Below are positions 1 through 9,500 of a DNA stretch of 64,000 bases, piece by piece; within the stretch, counting starts at the first letter, position 1; every line of letters begins with the position of its first letter. Origin of the DNA: Candidatus Krumholzibacteriota bacterium. GTDB lineage: Bacteria > Krumholzibacteriota > Krumholzibacteriia > JAJRXK01. The stretch spans positions 160,001 through 224,000 of the forward strand of contig CAVXTH010000005.1 of the NCBI GenBank assembly GCA_963764625.1, in the 5' to 3' direction. The notes under the pieces are model-generated. The model made no database searches, was not told the DNA's origin, and saw nothing but the letters and a program-made list of their open reading frames with translations. The translations under genes and the position numbers were made by a program.

Positions 1-177
1 ACGGCTGTGAGCTCCGAAACCCATGGAGCCACGCAGGACGGTGGCGCCGGCGAGTCCCATCTCCTTGGCCTTCTTCACGATGACCTCGAAGAGCGGTTTG
101 TTCTGGTAGCGATCCCCCTCGCCGAGAAAGATCCTCACCAGCCACGCCTGCTGCGGAATGGGCTCGATGACGTTCAT
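1..177 (-). CDS. DUF190 family (PII-like) protein, 3' end runs off the window
   Basis: Hand translation from ATG at 177: MNVIEPIPQQAWLVRIFLGEGDRYQNKPLFEVIVKKAKEMGLAGATVLRGSMGFGAHSR. This is the DUF190 signature, and the gene sits directly downstream of fluC, its usual neighbour. Confidence 0.85.
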   Translation of the reverse strand, partial: MNVIEPIPQQAWLVRIFLGEGDRYQNKPLFEVIVKKAKEMGLAGATVLRGSMGFGAHSR

Positions 178-178
178 C

Positions 179-562
179 TCAGATCCCCCAGACTCGCTGG
201 GCCAGGCGGTAGCCGAAAAGCACGGCCAACAGTCCCAGTCCATTGCTCAAGAGAAGATTTCCCGCGGCCAGGGCCCAGCGCCCATCCGACACCAGCATCG
301 TGGTCTCCCAGCCGAAGGTGGAGAAGGTGGTGAACGCTCCCAGGAGCCCCACCAACAGAGCCAGGCGAAGTTCCTCCCGCAGGAGCAAGGGGCCGGCGAT
401 GGCGGTGCCCAACAGTCCCAACGCGAAGCAACCCAGGACGTTCACGACGAGAGTTCCCCAGGGAAACGACGCACTGGCCACGCGGTGCACCCAACCGGCC
501 ACCAGGTAGCGCAGAGTGGCGCCCACGGCGCCCCCGGCTGCGATGAAGAGAAGACGGTACAT
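179..562 (-). CDS. crcB: Fluoride efflux channel FluC/CrcB
   Basis: MYRLLFIAAGGAVGATLRY...FPWGTLVVNVLGCF...GLLGAFTTFSTF motifs; 127 aa with four hydrophobic helices. Confidence 0.95.
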   Translation of the reverse strand: MYRLLFIAAGGAVGATLRYLVAGWVHRVASASFPWGTLVVNVLGCFALGLLGTAIAGPLLLREELRLALLVGLLGAFTTFSTFGWETTMLVSDGRWALAAGNLLLSNGLGLLAVLFGYRLAQRVWGI

Positions 563-629
563 GAGTTCTCCCGGCTCTGATGCGCTGATGGCAAAACATC
601 TTAGGCCATCGATCGGTGACTGACGAGGT

Positions 630-2012
630 TCAGATTGTCGAGTCCGGCGTCGAGCCACCTCTGCGGCCCAACAAACGCCAGAGCGGCCACGACAGCAGCA
701 TGAGAGCGAGGCCGACGAAGGACGAGCGTGGTTGATCACGCAGGACCCAGTAGCTGCTGCCCATCGCCGCCACCAGGGCCAGAATCGAGGGCAAAGGCCA
801 CAGGGGAATGCGCCTCGCCTCGCGGGGAACGCGCCCGCGCGTACGCAGCCACATCCCCCCCAGCAGGATGAGAGAGGAGAAGATCCCGGTGGCAAACGCG
901 AAATATTTGACCAACTCCTCGAACTTGCCCACGAGCGCATAGAGGAAGGCAACGATGCCCAAGATGAGCACTGCGGTGCTCGGAATCTGCCGCTTCGAAC
1001 TGAGGCGCCCCACCGCGGGGGAAATCACGCCCCCCTCGGCCAATCCGACCAGAAGCCGGGGTCCGCTGAAGAGAAGAGCTTGCGCGGCAGAGAAAGTGGC
1101 AAGGAAGATCAACGCGTTCATGAGCGCCGACGCACTTCCCCCCATCAACACATGCGCCAAGTCCGCCGCGACGGTGGGAGACGCTGACAGAGTCGGCAGT
1201 CCGAGGTTGAGCAGCAGAGCCAGAGTGTAACCGCCGTAGACGAACGCGATGAGAAGTACGCTGAGGACCAGGGCGCGAATCAGAGTGCGCGAGGGACGCC
1301 GGACTTCTCCGGCCACCACCACGATTTCGAGGAATCCTTCGTAGCACCACAGCACGCCGACGAGACCCAGGAACCAGGCCTTCAATCCGGGCGCGGCCGC
1401 ATCGGCAAGGGAATCCGCTCCCGCCGGCGCGCCGGACGACGAGCCGGTGCCCAGCGAGCTGAGATGGTGAAGCCACCCGGTGCCGCTGGCCGCCAGCAGG
1501 CCCACGATCGCCAGCACGAGCAAGCTCGCCAGCTTGATTCCACTCAGAGCGGCGGTAAAGCGCGTGCTCGAGGTGGCTCGAACCAAGTTGATCCCCGTCG
1601 CCAGAATCACGACGCCGAGTGAAAGTAGAGTGACGAGTTCGTCTTGAAGCCCCAAGAGTTGCGCGAGCGAGCGCCCGCTAACCCGAGCCAGTCCGCCGAT
1701 GCTGCTGGGATAGAGCACGAAGATGGCAGCCCAGCCGTAGACGAAGGCCATGCGGGTTCCGAAAATCTCCCGCAGATACACCACGTAGCCGCCGGTCGAG
1801 GGAAACAGGGTCGCGAGCTCGGCGTAACTCAGAGCGGAACACAGCGCCAGCACGGCTCCTAACTGCCACACCGAAAGAAAGGCCAGGGGGGTGGGAAGCT
1901 GCGTCGCGACGTAGGCGGGCAGAACGAAGATCCCCGAACCCACCACCACACCCACGGCGAGAGCGATAAGGGGTCCCAGACCGAGACAGCGTGGCAGCGG
2001 CGAGACGCTCAC
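630..2012 (-). CDS. APC-family amino acid permease
   Basis: VVVGSGIF, YAELATLFPSTGGYVVYL and LWCYEGF...AGEVRRP motifs; about 12 hydrophobic segments. Confidence 0.88.
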   Translation of the reverse strand: MSVSPLPRCLGLGPLIALAVGVVVGSGIFVLPAYVATQLPTPLAFLSVWQLGAVLALCSALSYAELATLFPSTGGYVVYLREIFGTRMAFVYGWAAIFVLYPSSIGGLARVSGRSLAQLLGLQDELVTLLSLGVVILATGINLVRATSSTRFTAALSGIKLASLLVLAIVGLLAASGTGWLHHLSSLGTGSSSGAPAGADSLADAAAPGLKAWFLGLVGVLWCYEGFLEIVVVAGEVRRPSRTLIRALVLSVLLIAFVYGGYTLALLLNLGLPTLSASPTVAADLAHVLMGGSASALMNALIFLATFSAAQALLFSGPRLLVGLAEGGVISPAVGRLSSKRQIPSTAVLILGIVAFLYALVGKFEELVKYFAFATGIFSSLILLGGMWLRTRGRVPREARRIPLWPLPSILALVAAMGSSYWVLRDQPRSSFVGLALMLLSWPLWRLLGRRGGSTPDSTI

Positions 2013-3019
2013 CGAACGACGGTGACGTGGGCTCGAGGAAGACGGTCGTTGCGCGCTCGATTCGAGAGTGCGATCGGCAGAGCGACTCCATCGGTGACGA
2101 GGATTTGATGTTCGAGAATGCGAAGACTCGAGGGGACGTCCGGCGCGGGATCGGTCTCGGGCTCGATGGTCACCATGGCCGTCCAGCTTCCATCGTTCAG
2201 GGTCAGCACGAGGTCCTGCACGAAATCCTGTCCTGGGAAATCCGGAGAGTAGATCCCGGGCACCGCGTAGGGGCCGGCGCCATCGCTATCGACGCCGCTG
2301 GCGGAGGTGAAACGGCCCAGGGAGTGCAGCTGCAGCGGCAAGAGACTGGTGGTCTCACGCTGGAACACCCACCCCTCGTAGACGTAAGCGCTGGGGAGTG
2401 GGGTACCCAGCCGAAGGGAAGGGCTCGCCAGAGCGGCGGAATCATAGAACCAGATGCCCTCGGGAAGACTCGCCCCGTCCTCGGCCGTGGCGGAAAAGAG
2501 ACGGAATTCCCCCTCGGGCTCCTTCAAGTCCTTGGGCAGAATTTCGGGACTGTCCCAGCTGAGATCGGTGGAGATCGTACCTCCCGAAGCGACGAAATCT
2601 CCGATGCACAGCAGCATGCCGATCGGATGCGCCACTCCCAGGTCGGCCGGTGGCTGGTAGCTAATCGTAGCGCGCGCGATGGCATCCCGGTTCAATCCGT
2701 CCGGCACCGGAACGCGCGCAAGTACTTTGCCGGTGAGGTCATGCAGCTTCGCGTCGCCATCCAGGCGGAACGAAACCACCGAGGTCCAGTCTTGAGCCAC
2801 TTCCCACGGCTCCTGTCCGGGATCGGGGGTGACGGCGGGAACCCCCAGCCAGAGTTCGTAGAAACCCTGACCCGAGACGAGCGGCCAGAGATCGTCGGCA
2901 CTGAACTCGACCCCGGTTTCCCGCAGGTACGGGACACCGGTGCTCGAATTCGAACAGGAACCGCCTGCTCCCAGAAAAGCCGTGGCCAGAGCGAGCAGCA
3001 GAGTGGGCTTGAATCGCAA
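2009..3019 (-). CDS. Putative lipoprotein of unknown function
   Basis: Signal peptide ending in a lipobox-like GGS-C; YEGWV, GRF, FPGQDF and VTIEPETD motifs; 4-nt overlap with the permease start. Confidence 0.65.
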   Translation of the reverse strand: MRFKPTLLLALATAFLGAGGSCSNSSTGVPYLRETGVEFSADDLWPLVSGQGFYELWLGVPAVTPDPGQEPWEVAQDWTSVVSFRLDGDAKLHDLTGKVLARVPVPDGLNRDAIARATISYQPPADLGVAHPIGMLLCIGDFVASGGTISTDLSWDSPEILPKDLKEPEGEFRLFSATAEDGASLPEGIWFYDSAALASPSLRLGTPLPSAYVYEGWVFQRETTSLLPLQLHSLGRFTSASGVDSDGAGPYAVPGIYSPDFPGQDFVQDLVLTLNDGSWTAMVTIEPETDPAPDVPSSLRILEHQILVTDGVALPIALSNRARNDRLPRAHVTVVR

Positions 3020-3125
3020 CCTGAGTCCTCGCCATCGGGGGGAATCCGCCTCGCAGCGGCTGACACAATATATGATAGACTCCCCAGGCGAAGAAACACG
3101 TCACCCATCGAGCCCGGGAGATCCG

Positions 3126-4882
3126 ATGGACGCAGCGCTTCTGACCCGGCCCCCCACCCTTCTGGCCGTTCTCACCCTCCACGCTCTCCTTTTGGGTCCA
3201 GTGTTCCTCAGCTCGGCCGCCGGGGCTCGCGAAGCGGAGACGAGGGCCGACCTCCTGCTCTATGGGGGCACCATCTACACTTTCGCAGGAGAGACGCCCA
3301 CGCCGGTAAAGGCCCTGGCGGTGCGCGACGGTCTGGTGATCGGGGCCGGATCGAAAGCCCACTGCGAGGCCCTCTGCGACTCCGCGACGGAGAGGATCGA
3401 CCTCGCGGGCGCCACGGCGGTGCCCGGGCTGGTGGATGCGCACGCCCACCTCTTCAATCTCGGCACCTTCCTCAGCCGCGTCTCTCTGATTGGAACCAGC
3501 TCCTGGCAGGAATGCGTGGCCAAGGCGGTGCAGTTCGCGCGCGGGCTGCCCCAGAACACCTGGCTTTTGGGCCGGGGCTGGGACCAGAACGACTGGCCAC
3601 AGCAGACCTTTCCTTCCCGGCACCAGCTGGACGAGGCCTTTCCGACACGTCCGGTGATCCTGGAACGCGTGGACGGGCACGCGTCGTGGGCGAATTCGGC
3701 GGCCCTCCGCGCCGCGGGTATCGACGCCTCCACCCCGGATCCCCCAGGGGGGGAGATCCTGCGCGAGAATGAGGCGGGGACGCCTTCGGGCATCGTGGTC
3801 GATGAAGCGGAGAATCTCCTGTGGGCGGCGGTTCCGCAGCCCGACGCGGCCGAGTGGGATCGGCGCCTGGAGCTGGGCCAAGCAGAGGCGGTTGCGAACG
3901 GCCTTTGCGGAATCCACGAGATGGGCGCCAGTCGCGAGAGAATCGCCGCCCTGCGCCGCGCGCGCGCGGCAGGAAGCCTGAAACTGCGCGTCGTGGTCTA
4001 CCTCTCGGGCGAGAAGACCCTGAGCCAATGGAAAGAGGGGCCCGATCACCCCGGTCGCGACGACCTGCTGCGCATCGAGGGAGTGAAGTTCTACGCGGAT
4101 GGAGCCCTCGGCAGTAGAGGCGCCGCGCTGCTCGAGGACTACAGCGACCGACCAGGGCACCGTGGACTGTTGCAGCACAGCCGTGAGGAGTTGACGCAGC
4201 AGGTCTCAGAGGCTCTCGCGCGCGGCTTCGGGGTCGCCATACACGCCATCGGGGATGCCGCGAACCGGCAAAGCCTCGACGCGATCCGCGATGGGTATCA
4301 GCTGGCGAAGTCCCAACACCCGGAGCTTCCCCCCTTGCGCGAGATGCGCGCCCGCATCGAGCACAGCCAGGTCCTCTCGCCCCAGGACATTCCGCGTTTC
4401 GCTCGCCTCGGGATCATCCCCTCGATGCAGCCGACCCATTGCACCAGCGACATGCCCTGGGCGGAGTCGCGGCTGGGCAAGGCGAGGCTCGCAGGGGCTT
4501 ACGCCTGGCGCAGTCTGCGCGATACCGGCTGCATTCTGCCTCTGGGCAGCGATTTTCCCAGTCGAACGGGTGTCGCCCCTTTTGGGCCTCTACGCCGCCA
4601 TCACCCGTAAGGCGGCCGACGGAGGGGGGCCTCAAGAGGGTTGGTCGAAGGAGCAGTGTCTCACGGCCACCGAGGCGCTTCTGGGGTTCACGGTTTGGGC
4701 GGCGCGGGCCGGGGGATCTCCGTCGGTGGGTCATCTGGCCGTGAAGGAGCGAGCCGACATCACGATTCTCGACAGCGACCCTCTGCGGGATGCTCCCGAG
4801 AAACTCCTGCACGCGCGAGTCCTGCGCACGATCGTCGGACGGAAAGACAGTCTACGTTGCGGCTACGAGTGCGGATCGATGA
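3126..4882 (+). CDS. Secreted amidohydrolase-3 (YtcJ-like), with two apparent single-base frameshifts (~4558, ~4838)
   Basis: PGLVDAHAH, GRGWDQNDW, KFYADGALGSRGAALL, HAIGDAAN, RIEH and SMQPTH motifs. GSDFP/VE and IVDGKTVY are restored only by removing one base at each site. Confidence 0.85.
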
Positions 4883-6245
4883 GCTTGGTGACCAAGAGGA
4901 CCGCGCGCAAACGAAAGAAGAGATCGCGGGGAATGCGATATACCATGTCGTCGCCAATGATGTGCAACCAGTTGTACTGGTCATTTTCACGCCAACCGAT
5001 TTCATAGCTCACGGTCTTGTCGGGCCAGTAGAGCTCGCAGCGCACCTTCTCCACCTGCAGGAAATTTTGAAGTTGATCCTCGGAGCGGAGACGAACGTGC
5101 AGGTCGGACCCCAGCTCCTCGATTCCGTACCTGAGATTCTGTGCCGCGACGAGCAGCGATTCCCTGTCGCCCGTATAGCCCAAAGGAGCCCGCAGAGCCC
5201 ATTCACGACGATAGCCCGGGATGGCCGTCACCGATTCTCCACTCTTCCAGATCACGCGTACGCTATCGAGCAAAGTGTAGTTGTCGGGAACTGGATTCGT
5301 CTCCAACAACTCCTCTAGACTTTTGTCTCCGCTATCCAAGAGCTTGGAACTGATGGTGATGAGCGTGCGCTCCTCGTCGCGCCGTGCGTAATTCACCCCG
5401 TGCTCGTCCACGTTTCCCAGGCGCAGACGATGGGAGTCCGCATCGGCCACGAAGCGCAGGTCGAGCACCGGATTGCTAAGGCCGTAGCCGTAGAACAACG
5501 AATCGCTCGCTCCGTCCGCGACGTAGCGCCGAATGCGGGTATGGACTAGGTCGTACACCAGGGTGTGAAGATCGCGCCGCTTGAGCTGCCGCGGGTTCTT
5601 CCCGGTAGTGAACCAAAGCCCGCGCGCGTTGCGAGCGGCCTCAAACGAGGTCCTGTCGTTGCGCAGATCAATCTGGCCGATCTGCTCGATCGTGTAGTCG
5701 AAGAGGTCGTAGATGCGCAGAGCCTCGTACGAGGTTTTCGCGAGTTCCGACACTCCCCGTTCTGCCAACACCACTTCGCGGCGGCCCCCGACTCGCAAAT
5801 AGCTTCCGCTATCGCTGGGATTGTTCCTTCCGATCCAGTAGATATGCGGCGGGCGCCCCGCTTCGATCAATTCCACCCAATACGAAGGACGCCGGAGACC
5901 ACCAAGGGCGTACGCGTCGAGCGCGGTGGTGTCGACCCCGCTCGCCACCACTTTCGTTCCCCGCGCGCGACAGAGTGCCGAGATCATCCCCCGGGTGGCC
6001 TTGTCGTCCGCGCGTTCCTTCACCGGTGATTGCAACCACCATTGCCCATGATGCCGCACCACGCTCAGAAAGGAGTTGGGTTGGTGAATGCGGAGCGTGT
6101 CGACGAGCTCCGGATCGAGCCGGCTCAGCTGCAGCGCGACGTCTTCGTGCTTCTCCCTGAGGGTTTGCCGCGGGAGATCCCACAGGAAGAGGATGGCCGC
6201 CAGAAGAGCGACGATGACCAGAGGGAGGACGATACCCCGCCTCAT
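4863..6245 (-). CDS. DUF4340 domain-containing protein (ABC/Gld-associated)
   Basis: N-terminal TM helix from MRRGIVLPL; repeated W.L..P...AD and YGL..P modules; directly downstream of the GldG-like gene. Confidence 0.7.
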   Translation of the reverse strand: MRRGIVLPLVIVALLAAILFLWDLPRQTLREKHEDVALQLSRLDPELVDTLRIHQPNSFLSVVRHHGQWWLQSPVKERADDKATRGMISALCRARGTKVVASGVDTTALDAYALGGLRRPSYWVELIEAGRPPHIYWIGRNNPSDSGSYLRVGGRREVVLAERGVSELAKTSYEALRIYDLFDYTIEQIGQIDLRNDRTSFEAARNARGLWFTTGKNPRQLKRRDLHTLVYDLVHTRIRRYVADGASDSLFYGYGLSNPVLDLRFVADADSHRLRLGNVDEHGVNYARRDEERTLITISSKLLDSGDKSLEELLETNPVPDNYTLLDSVRVIWKSGESVTAIPGYRREWALRAPLGYTGDRESLLVAAQNLRYGIEELGSDLHVRLRSEDQLQNFLQVEKVRCELYWPDKTVSYEIGWRENDQYNWLHIIGDDMVYRIPRDLFFRLRAVLLVTKLIDPHS

Positions 6246-7762
6246 ATCCACTTCCTTCGCCACCACACCACGCCGATGGCCAGAACGAGGAAGATGCCCG
6301 GGACGACTCCGATTCCGATGATCCGCAACCAGGTTCTCTGGCGAATCGTCAAGAGAACCGGATCGAAGAGCTCGGGCCCGGGGCCGATCGCGATTCGATT
6401 CTCCTTCTCGCTCAACCACAGAGTCAGGTCGAGAAAGAGGTCTCCGTTCCCCCAGGCCAAGAGGTTGGCGTTGTTCACGAAATCGACGTCGCCCATCACC
6501 ACGATGCGGGTCTTGCTCCGCGGCCGTTGCACCATTTTCTCGTCTCCGACGGTGAGGGTGTCCCCCACTCCGCGTTGGTCGAAATCTCCGGGGTGCATGT
6601 CCATGAGAGTCTGTTCGAGCCCTTGGCTCCGGTTGCGCCAATCGAGCTTGAACAGCCTTAGATCGACTTCGACCGCGTAACCCAACGAAAGCGGACCGGC
6701 CAGATCGGTCCCGGCGTCGAAGGTCGCACCGGGATCTCCCAGTTGCGTGAGCGTAGTCTCACCCCATGCCTCCTTCGCGGTTTCTACGATTCTCGTGATT
6801 TTCACTCCGGGAGGTGGCGGTTGGACCGATGAGATCGACCGGGCGATGGGATAGAGCGTCACGTGGTTGAAGCCGAGGGTTCCCTCGAAATCGGGGTTGG
6901 CGCTGCGGGCCATGGCGATGCGGTCACTCGCGCCATTGGTGGTGTTCTTCTGCTGAGAGCTCTGGTCGATCACGAAATCGAGATCGGGATGCAACCCGTA
7001 CTCGGCAACGAAAGTGTCTGCGCCGGCCGAACCCAATGGCTCCAGCAGTGCGAACAGACTCCCTCCGTGCAGTATGTAGCGGTTGAGAACCTCCCTCTCT
7101 CTCGCTCGAATCTCGCCCGAAGGCGCGGCGAGAATCACCACATCGGCGTCACTCGGAATGGAATCGGCGCCCGGGAGATCGAAAGTGTCGACCTGAAAGC
7201 TCTGTTGGCGCAGCGAATCGGCCAACTTGCTCAGGCCGCCGCCCGACTGATTCTCGATGGAAGCTTCGCCGTGCCCGGTGAGAAAGAGAATTCGCGGAGA
7301 GTCGTGGGAGATGAGGCGCAGAAGGGCGCCGCTGAGTCGAGATTCGCCCAGGTCCCTCACTCGGAGTTTCAGATCGCCGCTCGTCAACACGAGGGTTCGA
7401 TTCAAACTCACTCCATACTTCTCCGCCAACTCCGGATGGCGGTCCAGGTCGACAAATTCATAGCTGAACTCGGATGACTGCTGCCGGTAGCGCTCCAGAA
7501 GGAGCCTCACCTGTTCCCGGGCGGTGGGATCGTCTTCGTAGAACGCGAGGGCGTGCACCGGCCGGTCGAGCTTCTTCAGCAAGCGCACGGTCTCCGGAGA
7601 GAGACTGCGCCGCGCGCCGTAGGACAGATCGACGCGAAAATCGTGACGCGTGCTCAAAACGCCGGCCAGGGCCAGGGCCACCACCCACAGAAACGCACCG
7701 AAGTACCAACTCCAGGCGCCGCTTCTCCTTCGCTTGGTCCCTATCTTCGGGGATTCATCCAC
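6242..7762 (-). CDS. GldG-family ABC auxiliary component
   Basis: DLS....SLSPET, ILFLTGHGEASI and RIVVMGDVDF...GNGDLF motifs; C-terminal TM helix ending WWRRK. Confidence 0.85.
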   Translation of the reverse strand: MDESPKIGTKRRRSGAWSWYFGAFLWVVALALAGVLSTRHDFRVDLSYGARRSLSPETVRLLKKLDRPVHALAFYEDDPTAREQVRLLLERYRQQSSEFSYEFVDLDRHPELAEKYGVSLNRTLVLTSGDLKLRVRDLGESRLSGALLRLISHDSPRILFLTGHGEASIENQSGGGLSKLADSLRQQSFQVDTFDLPGADSIPSDADVVILAAPSGEIRAREREVLNRYILHGGSLFALLEPLGSAGADTFVAEYGLHPDLDFVIDQSSQQKNTTNGASDRIAMARSANPDFEGTLGFNHVTLYPIARSISSVQPPPPGVKITRIVETAKEAWGETTLTQLGDPGATFDAGTDLAGPLSLGYAVEVDLRLFKLDWRNRSQGLEQTLMDMHPGDFDQRGVGDTLTVGDEKMVQRPRSKTRIVVMGDVDFVNNANLLAWGNGDLFLDLTLWLSEKENRIAIGPGPELFDPVLLTIRQRTWLRIIGIGVVPGIFLVLAIGVVWWRRKWI

Positions 7763-7772
7763 CGGTTCACCC

Positions 7773-8544
7773 TCACCCCCCCCAACGCCGTGAGCTCAAG
7801 ACTCCCGTGGCGAGAAAGAGAAAGAAGGCCCCCACACCGACGAAATAGACGAGGTCGCTCGCTTGAATTAGGCCGTAGCTGGTGGGGCTGAAATGGGAGG
7901 CGAGAGAGAGCCATCCGGTGACGGCGGCCCAGAATCCGTCGAGATTCTGGCTCCACCAACCCAAGAACCACGAGCTGAACAAAACGACGACCGTGGCGCC
8001 GTAGGCGAGGACCTGATTCGCGGTGAGGGCCGAGAAGAGAGTTCCGAGGGCCAGACTGCAGAGCCCGAAGAGGAGAAGCCCCACAGAGCTGCGAGAGAAC
8101 GGTGGGAAGCTCCACCCCTCCGAAGAACGAGGTACACAGGGGAGCCAACAAGCCCAAGAAGAGCAGTCCCCCGAGCATGGCGGCCGCGGCCAGGAACTTC
8201 CCCATCACGATCTCGACCTCACGCAGAGGATAACTCATGAGGATTTCACTAGTACCACTGCGCCACTCCTCCGACAGGAGCCGCATGGTCAATCCGGGCA
8301 GAAGGAGGAGCAGAAGAAAAGTGTCGCCGCTGGCGAGAGGCTGAAGGACCGCGTCCACCAGATTGAGCCGCATGGGAGACTGGCTGGCGCTCATCGCCAT
8401 CAAGCTCGCCCCCGAGTAGTTTTCCAGAAGGGAGACGAAGTAGATGCCATGCACCAAGAGAAAGAGCCCTGCCACCGCGAATCCCACCGGACTGCGGAAA
8501 TTGCGCCGCAATTCCATGCGCGCTAGGGAGAGAGCGGCCCTCAA
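7773..8544 (-). CDS. ABC-2 permease (GldF-like), frameshift near 8086
   Basis: ELRRNFRSP and TMRLLSEEWRSGTSEILMSYP...IVMGKFLA in one frame; FSALTANQVLA...SDLVYF...SSRRW continues in another frame (ORF 7773..8084). Confidence 0.82.
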
Positions 8545-9500
8545 GGTTGAGCTCCTTTCTCCTCGCGAACCAGACGGAGGAAGACTTCTTCCAAACCGAG
8601 GTTCTGGGGCGTCAGTTCACACACCGCGAAGCCGCCGCGCACGAGGGTGTCGATCAATCGGGCCGCGGAGGTACGGTGTTCCAATTCCAGCCCGAAGGCG
8701 CACTGTCCGGCCGGACTCTCTCTTGGCTCCAAGGACTTCACGAAATCCAGGCGCTGTAAGATCTTTCCCGCTTCGTCGACCCCCTGGGGGCTCTTGATTT
8801 GATCGATCACCAGATGAACGAAAGTGCCACCATGGATACTCTGCTCGAGTACGGACGGTGTGTCCTCGGCCATGCAGCGGCCATGGTTCAAGATGAGGAC
8901 GCGGGTGCAAAGGCGCCTGGCTTCGGGAATGATGTGCGTGGAGAGGATCACCGCCTTTTGCTTGGCCAGGCCGGCGATGCGCTCGCGAATCTCCACGATC
9001 TGACCGGGATCGAGGCCGACGGTGGGTTCGTCGAGGACGAGCGCCGGTGGATCGCCGATCAGGGCCTGCGCCAAACCGATTCGCTGCCGGTACCCTCGCG
9101 AACAGAAGCCGATGAGACGATTCGCCACCGAGCCCAGAGCACAGAGCTCGATGACCCGGTCGAGCTCGGCGGTCTCGCGAGACTTTGACACTCCCTTGAT
9201 GCAGGCCACCGTACGCAAGAACTCACGGACTTTCAGTTCGGGATAGAGCGCGATGGCTTCGGGCAGGAAGCCGAGTAGACGGCGCGCGGCCAGCGACTCT
9301 TGGGAAATGTCGTGGCCCCCGATTCTGATGCGTCCCGCCGTCGGCGAGAGCAGCCCGACGATGGCGCGCAGGGCCGTGCTCTTGCCGGCGCCGTTGGGAC
9401 CGAGCAGTCCCAGAACCTCTCCCACATTAACGGTGAAGCTCAGAGCATCCACCGCAAGGAGAGAACCGTAGCGGTGAGTGAGATCGGTGACCTCGATCAT
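8541..9500 (-). CDS. ABC transporter ATP-binding protein (GldA-like)
   Basis: Walker A GPNGAGKST; signature SRGYRQRIG; Walker B LVLDEPTVGLDP. Confidence 0.92.
   Translation of the reverse strand: MIEVTDLTHRYGSLLAVDALSFTVNVGEVLGLLGPNGAGKSTALRAIVGLLSPTAGRIRIGGHDISQESLAARRLLGFLPEAIALYPELKVREFLRTVACIKGVSKSRETAELDRVIELCALGSVANRLIGFCSRGYRQRIGLAQALIGDPPALVLDEPTVGLDPGQIVEIRERIAGLAKQKAVILSTHIIPEARRLCTRVLILNHGRCMAEDTPSVLEQSIHGGTFVHLVIDQIKSPQGVDEAGKILQRLDFVKSLEPRESPAGQCAFGLELEHRTSAARLIDTLVRGGFAVCELTPQNLGLEEVFLRLVREEKGAQP

Noticed and set aside
563-629. Fluoride riboswitch upstream of crcB
   Set aside because: CGATGG is present but the GTTCRCC and downstream TRATGAC..CT elements are not, and the space is short.
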